From Botryllus schlosseri (taxonomy: Eukaryota): a stretch of 64,000 bases of DNA. The stretch covers positions 21,082,001 through 21,146,000 of the forward strand of contig CM119371.1 in assembly GCA_051294905.1 (NCBI GenBank), given 5' to 3'. Position 1 is the first letter of the stretch. Every line of letters begins with the position of its first letter. Position numbers and translations under genes: made by a program. The notes beneath the pieces are model-generated. The model was given only the letters and a program-made list of their open reading frames with translations. It was not told where the DNA came from and ran no database searches. Below are positions 11,201 through 22,533 of this stretch, piece after piece.

Positions 11201-11282
11201 AGAGTCAAAATGTCTGAATAAAACACCTCCTTGACGATGGTTGGTATGTGGATAACGGTGTTCGGAAAACGGTTGGATTTAT
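8233..11282 (+). repeat. Left arm of giant inverted repeat (3050 bp)
   Basis: Reverse complement of 11994-15046; mirrored ORF pairs in the track (8433..8774/14506..14847; 9586..9837/13443..13694). By eye about 20 or fewer substitutions and three small indels. Confidence 0.97.
10400..10950 (+). repeat. Degenerate ~37-39 bp minisatellite (GTAACAAACCTTTTTCACTTGGAAATMTATTTTTTCCC-like)
   Basis: Motif recurs in tandem; mirrored at ~12325-12900 and present in a different arrangement at ~61530-62060. Confidence 0.85.
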
Positions 11283-11993
11283 GTCACCCATCGCGATAAC
11301 AATTCCAGGTCGAGTTTTCCCCCGCGTGTTTACTATATTGTGTCATTATTGGTCATGTATGTCTCGACATTCAGTTTGAAATCGGAAACCTTGATAAAGT
11401 ATGTAACCGGATCCGGATATCAACTCTGAATCGATAAACCAATGAACAATATTCAAAGTATTCATGTTACACCCTGTGTTTCCACGAAAAAATACCATCC
11501 AGACATACGTCGCGCTTGTTTGCCCACATCAGTATACGCGTAAATGGAGGTGTGTGACATTGCATGCAATGTGTTGGTATACAAACATCGATCCACAGAC
11601 ATTATCATAGCCGGTAGTTTTGATGTAGATCGAATGTCATCACACCCGATAACAATGTCATACCAATAAGCCACATTGCAATGACTCTGAGTCCGCGCTA
11701 TTACATCGATATTTCGGCACCGTTCACTGATTTACTCGATGGTGTTATCGTGTTGTAACATTACAAGATAGTCATGGCCCTATCTCCGGACAGACCACCC
11801 AGACCAATTGGATACATCGGTCAATATCCGTCGTGTTGTCGACACCGAAGTTTTCTGCTGCAGCGTTTGACCAAGGTGAACTATCGAATCACGGGTGCTC
11901 GAAATGATTGCGATCAGTCTTTCAGTCACGATCACTGGATGTCACTACTCCCACATAACGACTCCAGATAAATATCGTGAACAGTGATTCTGG

Positions 11994-14900
11994 ATAAATC
12001 CAACCGTTTTCCGAACACCGTTATCCACATACCAACCATCGTCAAGGAGGTGTTTTATTCAGACATTTTGACTCTGGAAAATCCAAAGCACGAGCCCGGA
12101 CATCACAGAACTATCGAAGCCTATGGTCCAATTTTCCGAAAACATAAACGTCGATGTACAACAGCACATTGCATGTGGGTAACCGATGATTTTGATGGGT
12201 TGCATCAGCACAAGTGAATATGCGATTACACAAATGTATTGGAGTTGTTTTTGGTGTATATTTTGTCGCTATCCGTTGTAACAATATACAAAAATATCAA
12301 ATTGTCAGGTGTGTTTGTCAGATTTCAAAATGAAAATGGTTTTGTTACTCTAGGAAAAGCTAGATGACCTAGAGAAAATGTATTGTTACACTGGGTAAAC
12401 GCCAGATCCCCCAAAGGAAAATGATATTTTTACTCAGGTAAACGACGGACCACCAAGTGAAAAAGGTTTGTAACCCCGGGAAAAATATATTTCCGAGCGA
12501 AAAAAGGTTTGTTACCCGGGGAAAAAATATATTTCCAAGTGAAAAAGGTTTGTTACCCAGGGAAAAAATAGATTTCCAAGTGAAAAAGGTTTCTTACTCT
12601 GGGAAAAAATAGATTTCCAAGTGAAAATGATATGTTTAGCCAGGTAAACGACGGACTGCCAAGTGAAAACGGTATTGGTACTCAGGTAAATGATAGTTTT
12701 CCAAACGAAAAGGGTTTGTTACCCAGAGAGAAAATATATTTTCAAAAGAAAATGATTAGTTACTCTAGGTAAAAGTATTTTTCCAAGTGAAAATAGTTTT
12801 TTGCTGTGGGAAAAAAAATAGATTTGTAAACGATAAGGGTTTGTTACTCTAGGAAAGGATAGATCGCCAAGTGAAAATGATAATTTTACACAGGTAAACG
12901 TCAGTTGCCCAAACCAGTATGATATTTTTGACTTGAGTAGGTGTCTTGTGTTCAACGCTGGTAGTGTGATTGGTCTTGTTAAACGTAGCTGCCGAGTTGT
13001 ACAATATACTTTTCGTGTGTGTACAATTACGAAGGGGTGGCAAATGAAATTGCTATTATGATCGTCAGAAGATTGTTGTTGTTGTTTGTTGATTTGATTT
13101 GTCGGAGTAGCAAACCTATCATTCGCATATGACAAGCAAAATCATTACCGCGAATACATGTAACTGGCTTGCTCGGTCTCGACCAATGCAAAATAGATGA
13201 TTCGTTTTTTGAAACCGTAGCGAAGACCACATGTAAATCGATGCGATAGACTTCTATCCCCTTACATTCAGTCGTGTCGTGTCCGTTTTAAAATTTCTTG
13301 ACTACATCGGAATGTCTATGTTGTAGAAGGTAAATACTTTTATGGAGTTGTGTGTTTAATGAAAGCGATTGGTTACAAGTATGTGTTGGGGAAAGAAAAT
13401 TTATTTTTCTGTATGTGACGAAATGAAAATAGATCCGTGGTTTTAATTGAATTGTGACTGTGTTGTTTTAATGTACGTTTCAACAGGTAGACTTGACACT
13501 GAACAACAATTAGACTCACAAAAAATGTTTGTTGTATGATTTGTCACTGGTGCGCAAAGGGTTAGGAATATTTTTGTATGATAATATCTTCTAGCTGTTT
13601 TGTTGTGAGGGTAATCATGTGATGACTCAGCACTTTTCGTTAGCAAAGTAGATTGATTTGTGTGTAAGATGTAAGCACCGTAACTAAAAAACATATGTAC
13701 TTTGTTGTTGGAGTAGCTGATTTACTGCTATGGTGTTGACATATCCTGAAGGCTTGGTTGGTTTGTTGTTTTACGAAAGATGACGCGACCTCGGTGTCGT
13801 AAATTGTGTTAACTAAACTCGGGTGGATACCGCAATTGTGCTGGACTTACACATGGTATTCGCATACTGTACACATACAAACTTTTGTGTAAACAACTCT
13901 GGTGTTTCTGTTCGTACTAGTTCTGTGTTGAACTATTTGATTATTAAGATACATGAACATCCATTCAGACAATAAAGGTCTTGAGGTATGGAAACAGTTT
14001 TGAAAGCGTCACCAATCATTGTACAGGTTCGTAGCATGGGAATGTCGAGTATTTTCGTGTACCATGAATATATTCCATCTACTTTTGGTAAGAAATGAGT
14101 TGTGTGGGGTAATCATACACAACCTACAAAAGTTAAACTTGTAGCGTTTGATTGTCTACTTTTTATCAATGCCTTTGTGATGTTAAAAGACGGCTGAGTT
14201 TGCATTTACATTAAGCGGAGAAACTCAAGTAATAAATTTTACTCGTTTGAAAATATCGATCAATGGAGTAACAGTATCAATATGAGTGGTATATTATTTT
14301 TCGCGATATGCAACCAATCTTCTAAGCATAACTTGTCAAAAATTTATCATGTCGTAGCCGATTGTTATGAATTCGAAAGAAATGTACTTCGATTACCACG
14401 ATGATGGAAATTACGATCAACGCAGTATTTCGAAGTGGTATGTTCCCCAATCACTAAATGTCGGTTAGTTAAACGACACATTTACAAGTTTACCGAAATC
14501 TTGATTTACAAATAACAGCTTGATGATGTAAAGCTCAACCACGCAAATGTGTTCATTGCAAAGTATTTGACACAAACAAAATATCGAGTGGAGACCATCA
14601 CATTGGTTTCATTTCGAGTGAGTGGAAATTGTTTTCTGTTGACCAGGTAGGACACATTTGACAAACATCGTACACATTGTTTCTTCGTGATGGTAACGAC
14701 TTTCAGCGGCTTGGTTTCATGTCGGGAATTATTATTTGAGGGTTCAAGAACGATTTCAATCAATACTATAAATGAACAACAATGCAAAGCACGTTTAGCA
14801 AATAACAGTGCAGCAAGTACTTTTTCGATATTACGAGTGTTGGGCACTAGAAACTTCTAGTTGAATTGGATGCATCTAACAAACATGTCACAATTTACTT

Positions 14901-15046
14901 TTGTAATGATCAAAGTGCGTGAAATGGTTCGAACGGATTAAGCATTAATCAGGCGGCGGTATGACAATTCGTCTAGTGTGATATCTTGACGGCGGATAAT
15001 GTGTGAACGTGTTTCAATTCCCACCGCAGATTACGACGATAAAGTA
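11994..15046 (-). repeat. Right arm of giant inverted repeat (3053 bp matched; element continues to 18468)
   Basis: Reverse complement of 8233-11282. Sequence beyond 15046 is homologous, inverted, to ~57330-59205, so it belongs to the same element. Confidence 0.97.
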
Positions 15047-16879
15047 TTGTACCGGTTATTGTTCAACAAAGGAAATTGTTGTTTCATCTTTAGTCTTGGT
15101 TACTGAAGACAATTACATTTGTAAAATATTTCCTGATATCCACAATACGCTGCGTGGTTTTTACGAACACGGCTTAATCTTCCCAATCAAAACATTTCAG
15201 ATATGTTAATCTAGTTTCACAAATCGAAATGTTAATAACAATGTTTCTGAAAAGTTTGTTGGTGTCGTGATAACCTTCTACACAACCCTGATCTAATAAT
15301 GTCATGATTTAATAACCAAGTCATGATCGAGTATTACAAAATCTCATATGTCAAAATCAATGTGTCAATTCGTGAAAATTTTCAATATAACACCCGCGTT
15401 TGATCGTAAGAATTCTCAACTACGTGTTCGGACATTCAAATTTCGTATACTCAAATGTAATATGTTAATCTCAAACCACACACCGAGTAGTATTTACTTT
15501 GGTTTATAAAATTTACCGAGTAGTAATTACTTTATCTTACAGCATAGTAACGACTTTTACAGTTGAACAAAGATGATTTGGTGGTATATGACTACAACCG
15601 AACTTGTTATGGATTTTAGATTGTAGCGATTGTATGTACTCGCGTAATCTTGTCTTCTTCTTTCTGTATAGTTGGTTGGCCGAGTTACAAACGGATTTAC
15701 TTGACAAGGTTTTCATGATTTACTCTTTTGAGTATGGTAAGATGTTAAAATTTCGAGGTGTAATACTATTTCCGTTCACTCGATTACAACAAAAAATACC
15801 CAGATAAGTTGCTCAAGGCTTCTTTTGTTTCAAATCAACATGTGAATAATCAGTTATTGTGACAAGTTGAAATGTCGTACCGAAGTTGTGAGTGGGAACA
15901 GTACGCGATTGTGTAAGTGTGAGGACAGCGAGATGGTGATCGTGTGAATAAATTAATCTGAAACGCATTGGAGTGAAAGTTTACCCAGTCTGTCTGGTAA
16001 TCCTACTTCAAATCGTGATATGACAAAGTAGCTTGAAATATTCCGATTCAACTCATCGCATCGCAACTCGATCGTGGTATGCACAAGTGGTTGTCAAGTA
16101 AGAAATATTTACAACAGGTGCTATTTCATTGATTGACTTGATTGTGTGTAGTAACACATTAAAATATAGCGATAGTAATTACTGAAACTCTATTTGACAA
16201 ACGGAAAACTGTGAATAGCGTTGTAAGGTTTCATTACTTGTTTCAAATCAATATGCGTATAATCTCTAACTATGGTTGGGTTGAAAGTTGGTAGTAATGT
16301 TTGTCAATCTATTTCAATTCGGACTATGTCAAGTCCAAATATTTCATTTTGGATTATCTGGATTTACCTTTAGTACATCTCGCGAATGGATTCCGACGCC
16401 GCGCTATAACATTTTTGATGATAAGGACTCGAGGATTTTCATGATAGAGTTGACGAGTGATAAGATGCGTGTTTTTGTTAAGAGTTTGATTTCATGTTGA
16501 TAAAGACAATAACTGTATAATGCACATACTTGTGATTCTTGATTCTTGTAGAATTATAGTTGGTATTGATTCTATAAGTGTGAAAACAGCGGCGTGGAAT
16601 GTGCGAATAATTCGATGTAGCTGAAAGTCGGCGTCAGTAATATTCGGGTTATGGTCGAATCAAAAGATCACGAAAAGATTTCTCAAAATAATTAGAATTG
16701 TACCGAATTAACACATTCAGATACGAATCAACTTGGTTTGTGTAGTAAGTTTCATTTCGAGTTGGCAAATTGATACATTGGTTGAATATTCTCATAATTC
16801 TTATCGCGCAACTAAAGTCAGCCACTGTTCGAAGTGTCAAAACATATAGCGACCACCAGAAAGTGTCAAATTGTTGGTT

Positions 16880-17660
16880 TTCGAATCACCGTCTGCGACG
16901 GTTCTGGGACAAACTAATTACCGAAATATTACCTTGTGAGCGGACATGAGGGATTGCTATGTCTGAAGCATTATCCGGTGAGTGGTCGTTGGATTTTAAA
17001 ATTATATCACACCCTTTTGAATAAGCGTTCACTTCACAGAGGATTAGGGTTAGAGCGGAAATACGTGACAATTTGTCGCTATTCAAGTTACCGACACTGG
17101 CGGTCTGTTATTCGTTACTTGTTAAATCTTACCAGCGAAATCAAGTTCTGTGACAAACTGATTACTAAAATTTCACCGCGTGAGCGATCGGTATGGTTAT
17201 GACACCAAGTCGTGAAAGATGGTTATGTGCGAGACATTATCTTGTCAGTGATCGCGGGGTTTTGCAAATATTTCACACCTTTTTGAATAAGCGTTAACTT
17301 CACAAAGGATTACGGCTAGAATAGAAATAAGTGACACTTTGTTGGTATTCAAGTCTCGCCGGTGGTGTATCTGTTATTCGACACTTATTACACGTATCAC
17401 GAAATTAGAGTGAGAACATAAAGCATCAAGTTGTTGTTTTCGAATTTTGATGCCGAGGTGATAAATTTACGCATTCAATTATAATTCAACTTTGGTTGTG
17501 TATTGAGTGATAGATCGATATGCCGGAAGTGGTATCTTGTGAGTGATCGTAGGATTTTACAAATATTTCACATCTTTTTGAAGTGTTAGTTTGCGAACGC
17601 GACTATTGTTGATATTCGAATCGCCGTCTGCGCCGGCTCTGTGGCAGACTAAATACCCGA
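16880..17660 (+). repeat. Old internal tandem duplications (~270-290 bp period) within copy A
   Basis: AAATATTTCACACCTTTTTGAA-like blocks at ~17000, ~17267 and ~17561; CGAATC.CCGTCTGCG.CGG blocks at ~16882 and ~17617. Confidence 0.7.
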
Positions 17661-17689
17661 GAGTACGACTTACCGCCACCACCTATATC

Positions 17690-18435
17690 CGAAAACGTTA
17701 GCATGCGACCGATCCCTATCTCTGTAACGCTATCATGCAACCGGAGCCTATACCTGGAACATTAGCATGCCGCCGCCGCCTATACCCGAAAGTACGAATC
17801 ACGAACACGAGTTTTCATTACGAGTCACCGCCGCAGCCTATACCCGAAAGTACGAATCACGACCGCACCCATAAGACACAAAAGCCGCTCGCCACCCCCG
17901 CCATAAGACGCAATAGCCGCTCACCACCCCCGCCATAAGAAATAAGAGCCGCTCACCACCCCCGCCATAAGACACAATAGCCGCTCACCACCCCCGGTTT
18001 TCCAGCCGCTCACGACCCCCGCCATAAGACGAAAACGTTAGCATGCCATCCCCGCCATAAGACGAAAACGTTAGCTCGCCACCCCCGCCATAAGACGAAA
18101 ACGTTAGCTCGCCACCCCCGCCATAAGACGAAAACGTTAGCTCGCCACCCCCGGTTTCTCGTTAGCTCGCCACCCCCGCCATAAGAAATAAGAGCCGCTC
18201 ACCACCCCCGCCATAAGACACAATAGCCGCTCACCACCCCCGGTTTTCCAGCCGCTCACGACCCCCGCCATAAGACGAAAACGTTAGCATGCCACCCCCG
18301 CCATAAGACGAAAACGTTAGCATGCCACCCCCGCCATAAGACGAAAACGTTAGCATGCCACCCCCGCCATAAGATGAAAACGTTAGCATGCCACCCCCGG
18401 TTTCGCGTTAGCATGCGACCCCGCCCATAAGAACC
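17690..18435 (+). repeat. Subterminal tandem repeats (33-bp unit CCACCCCCGCCATAAGACGAAAACGTTAGCATG and variants)
   Basis: Directly visible tandem units; a higher-order block repeats at 246-bp spacing (AATAAGAGCC at 17941 and 18187); the array ends about 35 bp from the ACTACT terminus. Confidence 0.92.
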
Positions 18436-18519
18436 CCAGGCACACCCAGACCGATCTATATAACTACTAACATGAAACTTATAAATGATGAAAAAAGAAT
18501 AAAAATCATCCCAATCACC

Positions 18520-19285
18520 TGATGAGCCTGGACACAAAGCATGCGCTCTCCATGAAGACGTACCGGATGCCTTCGTCTTTTCTCTGAGATTCCTCCACTT
18601 TTGTGACAGCTTTTTCGAGAAGTAATACTGAAAAGCATTTGATCATGAATGCACTTTAATACAAAATATATTGAATTCGGAGAGTATTCGGGCAGTAGGT
18701 CATAGTCAAGACTCAAGAGAGGATGGTGCTTCATAGCAAAACAAGTCCGGTGTCTTCATATTTTTGTGTCTCCTTTTACAATGGCTACAGAGATCTTCAT
18801 ATTTTGAATACACAATGCCACAGATCCTGCATGACATGATAACACTAGGATGTTGTCTGTGACAATAAATGTGTAGACAGAAAATCGACAGTTCCGATAA
18901 AAGGGCACAAACAACACTTTCCATTAGACATTCTACCAAACCATATCAAGTAATTGAAACAGGCCAAGTGCAAAGAATGATGTACATAACTTCATCTGCA
19001 AATGAGGTTTCAACACTAGGTCTATTATGATATCTTCAGATGAAATTATTAAACAGCATTAGCTCTTATTTTCATGGTCTGCTCTTATGGCGCATCAAGC
19101 TGCTAGATCGAAAATAGGTAATCTGTATCTACTCATACCGCTCGGCGCTGGTGCTGTATGTGAAACTCGATAACATGAACATAACATTATTTACAGATGA
19201 TGTTGAAAATTTACATAAACGAATTACCTTGCAGTAAATCAATGTGCTCCCTCTTAATTCCGTTTTGAACTAAAAATATCTCCAT
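18520..19285 (-). pseudogene. Degenerate spliced gene fragment with a C2H2 zinc finger, probably TE-derived
   Basis: Candidate first exon MEIFLVQNGIKREHIDLLQ followed by a GTAATT donor (19285-19228); downstream CRICGIVYSKYEDLCSHCKRRH finger in ORF 18706..18939; stops follow. Confidence 0.4.
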
Positions 19286-19629
19286 TTCCTCGCTATATGC
19301 TATTTAGATTCACGTAACAAAGACAGACAGATTCACGGTATATCTCACTCGCTCTGGTCCTGCGTGGTAACGATCGATTGTCTCAGGATTGCGTCATACA
19401 ATCACGTGACTCAGTAAGTCATGCGTAAAGAAGAGACAGAGTCAATTTTTTATTTCATCAATGATAAAATACAAAGGGTACTACTAATAACTGAATGATT
19501 GCTATACTGTTGTTCGATGGCAATGACAGCGGTACCGGATACAAGTAAAATTTTCAACGTCGGGGTGTTTCATACATATTTGTATTATAAATTTCTTCAG
19601 CAAGTTCGGCAGGGAAATAATATGATCAC

Positions 19630-20506
19630 TAGGGCAATTTTTTTTTGACATGTCAAAAAAAGTCAAAATTAGGTCAAAATTGTAGCGTTAGGTCAAAATT
19701 TGTCAAAATTGTTTACAAAGTCAAACATTTTTTGACCTCTGCATTTCGTTTTATCGTAGATTTTGCGCTGTCGGTGAACTTATCATTTGATATTTTACAG
19801 CTTGTAGCCTACTTTATAGGCCTACCGTTGTAAATGGACCATCGTCTGCTCATTGTGAATCATAAATGGTCAAATGAAACAATAGTGACATGGTTTTATG
19901 GTCAACGTACCGCGATATCCTAGCTGAAGCAAGACTGCTTGGACATTGCATGGTTCTTATATCAAGAAGCGCAAGCTGAAAAATTGTGATATAGGCAACA
20001 TTGTCAGAATGAAGCAACACGGTTTGTCACCAGCAGTGTGCACACAACTTGAGTGTTGTCAGCCAACAAATGCTGCTGTTGAACGTTCTTTCTCCGTTCT
20101 TGGCAAGCTACGTAGTAAGGACAGACACTTTCTACCCGAGAATGTAGGAAAGGATCTTTCCTTGTACTACAACAAATTTTAATTATTTTTACCAGAATAC
20201 GTAATGTAACTATTGGAATTCTTCATAGGGCCAGATTTCGTTAAAATACTAGTTTTTCATGTAAAAATCTGTCAGTTTTTGAGCCAAAAACGTTTTTTCA
20301 GGCCAATCTACTTACTAAGGACAGACAGTTCCAACCAGAAATGAAGATAAGTAGTACAATTTTAACATTATATGCGAAAACACCTAATTTGCATACGTGA
20401 GGTCAAAATTTGGTCAAATTTCAGTTTTTTTAGGTAAAAAAAAGTCAAAATTTAGATTTTTTAGGTCAAAATCTTCCGTTTTTTAGGTCAAAAAAAAATT
20501 GCCCTA
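19630..20506 (+). mobile_element. Non-autonomous hAT element retaining the transposase C-terminal dimerisation region
   Basis: TIRs TAGGGCAATTTTTTTTTGAC, perfect 8-bp TSD ATGATCAC (19622-19629, 20507-20514), GGTCAAAA subterminal repeats; ORF 19946..20182 contains PTNAAVERSFSVLGKL. Confidence 0.92.
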
Positions 20507-22434
20507 ATGATCACCTTTTTATTTATGGCAATCTCTTTGTATGTTGATCTGATAATTTGTTTATAATAAACTGAAATGAGAAACAAGCGATTAACTATAA
20601 GGATTAACGTGACTATCGCAGGTATGTAAAGTCAGATCAGAGCAAACCTCAAGACAGCGAGTCGTCAGTCAGGTATTGGTACAGCACGACCATAATATCT
20701 GATCACCAACCTATTTGCTTGAAGCCCGGTACCGCCGTCGGTTACAACCTTGGTTATTTATAACTGTAATGATATTGTTAATTAAACACTGCAGCCTGAA
20801 GAAAAATCTATAGCTTTTAGGACTTACCGATCAAATCACATTTGGCGAGGCCGCGCTTTAGGCTGCCTGGGATGATATATCACGTCAATAGTAACTTCGT
20901 GAAGTTTCAGAGTGAAGATTGGCCAGCGACCTCTCAAATTCCCTCTCAATTTATATCCGGTAAGAATGTTTGACACAGCAGGAAATTCGTCCGGAATGAC
21001 TATACTGATATGCATGTGAGCTCATAGACACATCATATGAGCATTAACCCACATCTTATGACATTCCCTGATGATGTGTGGACGTGCACACAACATGGCG
21101 GATTCTCGATGTCAGATCTCAGCCGATAATATGTGTCAGCCAAATATTGTATATACCTATGCACAATGTTGTGTCTCATTCAACGCTGTGAATTTACAGT
21201 GTACCATGAAAAAGAAATTCAAACCTGAAACATCGTGAATTTTTCTCGTCACTGAATGAATCCGAATTCGGCTACCTGACAAAGATCGCCTTGAAACTAC
21301 TTGTTCTGTTTGGTCTACATACATTCGCGAGCAAATATTTCCGATCATGAACATTAAATCGATTCAGTAATCAAGCCCGCAAATTAGCCTACTTCATTTT
21401 CCCACATCCGGCCCTCCGACTGGAGAAGTTGCCCGTCCGTGGATTATGAGGACAACGGTTCTTAAACTTTACTTACCTGAGGAACACTTAAGCTAAGCTG
21501 GAAGTTTTCGCGGAACCCAAAGATTTCACTGCGTCAAAAAACAAAACTATACCACAAAACATTAATAGTGCACAAAATGAACTGTACATCATAGGAGTAT
21601 AAAGAGAAAGAACTAGATTAGAATATAATTTCACAAAAAAAAGGAAAACATTATGATGAATATGATAGCAAATCACTGAGACTCCTGCTGTTCTCTTTGG
21701 GATATCAGTTCAAAAATGCTAGTTAAACCCTGAAAAATGTCATCGTATTGTTCAGTGGAAACACAACAGAGAGTGATAGGAATTACATAATTATATATGA
21801 GCTTATAAATATTGGAGATAAAATTGGCATTTAAGACGGACGAGGTTTCAAATTTTCAACCCTCACCGTCCTTGAATCGGCCACTGCCCATGAGCAGTCA
21901 CAACCCCATTACTGATCGGGTATATTCACATGTAACTAATGATGCCCAAGACGAGTCTGTCATCACTAATCCGCAGTAATAGTTGAATGCGTGTCCTGAC
22001 CTCCACGGCACGGCTGAGACTGGCTCACGGCTCACTAGTGCGACCATAGATAATTTATTTATGTTTTTGTGTAACGAATATATTCGCAATGTAAACTGCA
22101 TGGAATGGTTTGGCTTTGGCGTTTTCTCTCATGTTTGGATAACAACCTTTTGGTCCACACTTTTTTGCCCTCTCCAAATTGTGTGTCAATGTCTCCGACT
22201 TGTTCCTATTGGTAACTAGAATGAAACCACCACACCACAGTCGGGTGGTTATAACGTGTCCTAAGAACAAACTCGGCATGTGCTGTGTTGAGGTATTATT
22301 TATTGGATGTAGTTCCTTCCAAACATCTCCACATTTGTTACAAATATGCAGGACATGATGGCCATTTTTCAGTCCATTCAGAATAGAATTACTTCTTACT
22401 ATCTACTAGTTGAAGTGTGCTACAAACTCCTTCC

Positions 22435-22437
<3 letters not shown>

Positions 22438-22479
<42 letters not shown>

Positions 22480-22491
22480 GAGAGAGAGAGA

Positions 22492-22522
<31 letters not shown>

Positions 22523-22533
22523 TGAGAGAGAGA
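22438..22533 (+). repeat. (GA)n microsatellite
   Basis: About 95 bp of GA with three GT interruptions. Confidence 0.97.

Larger units (their letters stand above)
8233..18468. mobile_element. Giant palindromic, non-autonomous Polinton/Maverick-like element, copy A (left part interrupted by a CACTA insertion)
   Basis: Right terminus ...GATCTATATAACTACT (5'-AGTAGTTATATAGATC on minus), subterminal tandem repeats, 3-kb inverted arms around a 711-bp loop, and a diverged paralogue at 57164-64000. No pPolB, integrase, ATPase or capsid ORF is visible, so the Polinton assignment rests on the terminus only. Confidence 0.65.

Noticed and set aside
8233..15046. Assembly or fold-back read artefact
   Set aside because: The arms differ at scattered substitutions and indels, one arm ends cleanly at a CACTA/TA junction, and a diverged paralogue has the same architecture. 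Long-read confirmation is still advisable.
17690..18435. CRISPR array or telomeric repeat
   Set aside because: No unique spacers and not a short telomere motif; it is a subterminal minisatellite. ORF 18256..18537 is only its translation.
8233..18468. Autonomous Polinton or adintovirus
   Set aside because: No ORF longer than about 140 aa and no pPolB, integrase, ATPase, protease or capsid motif could be recognised.
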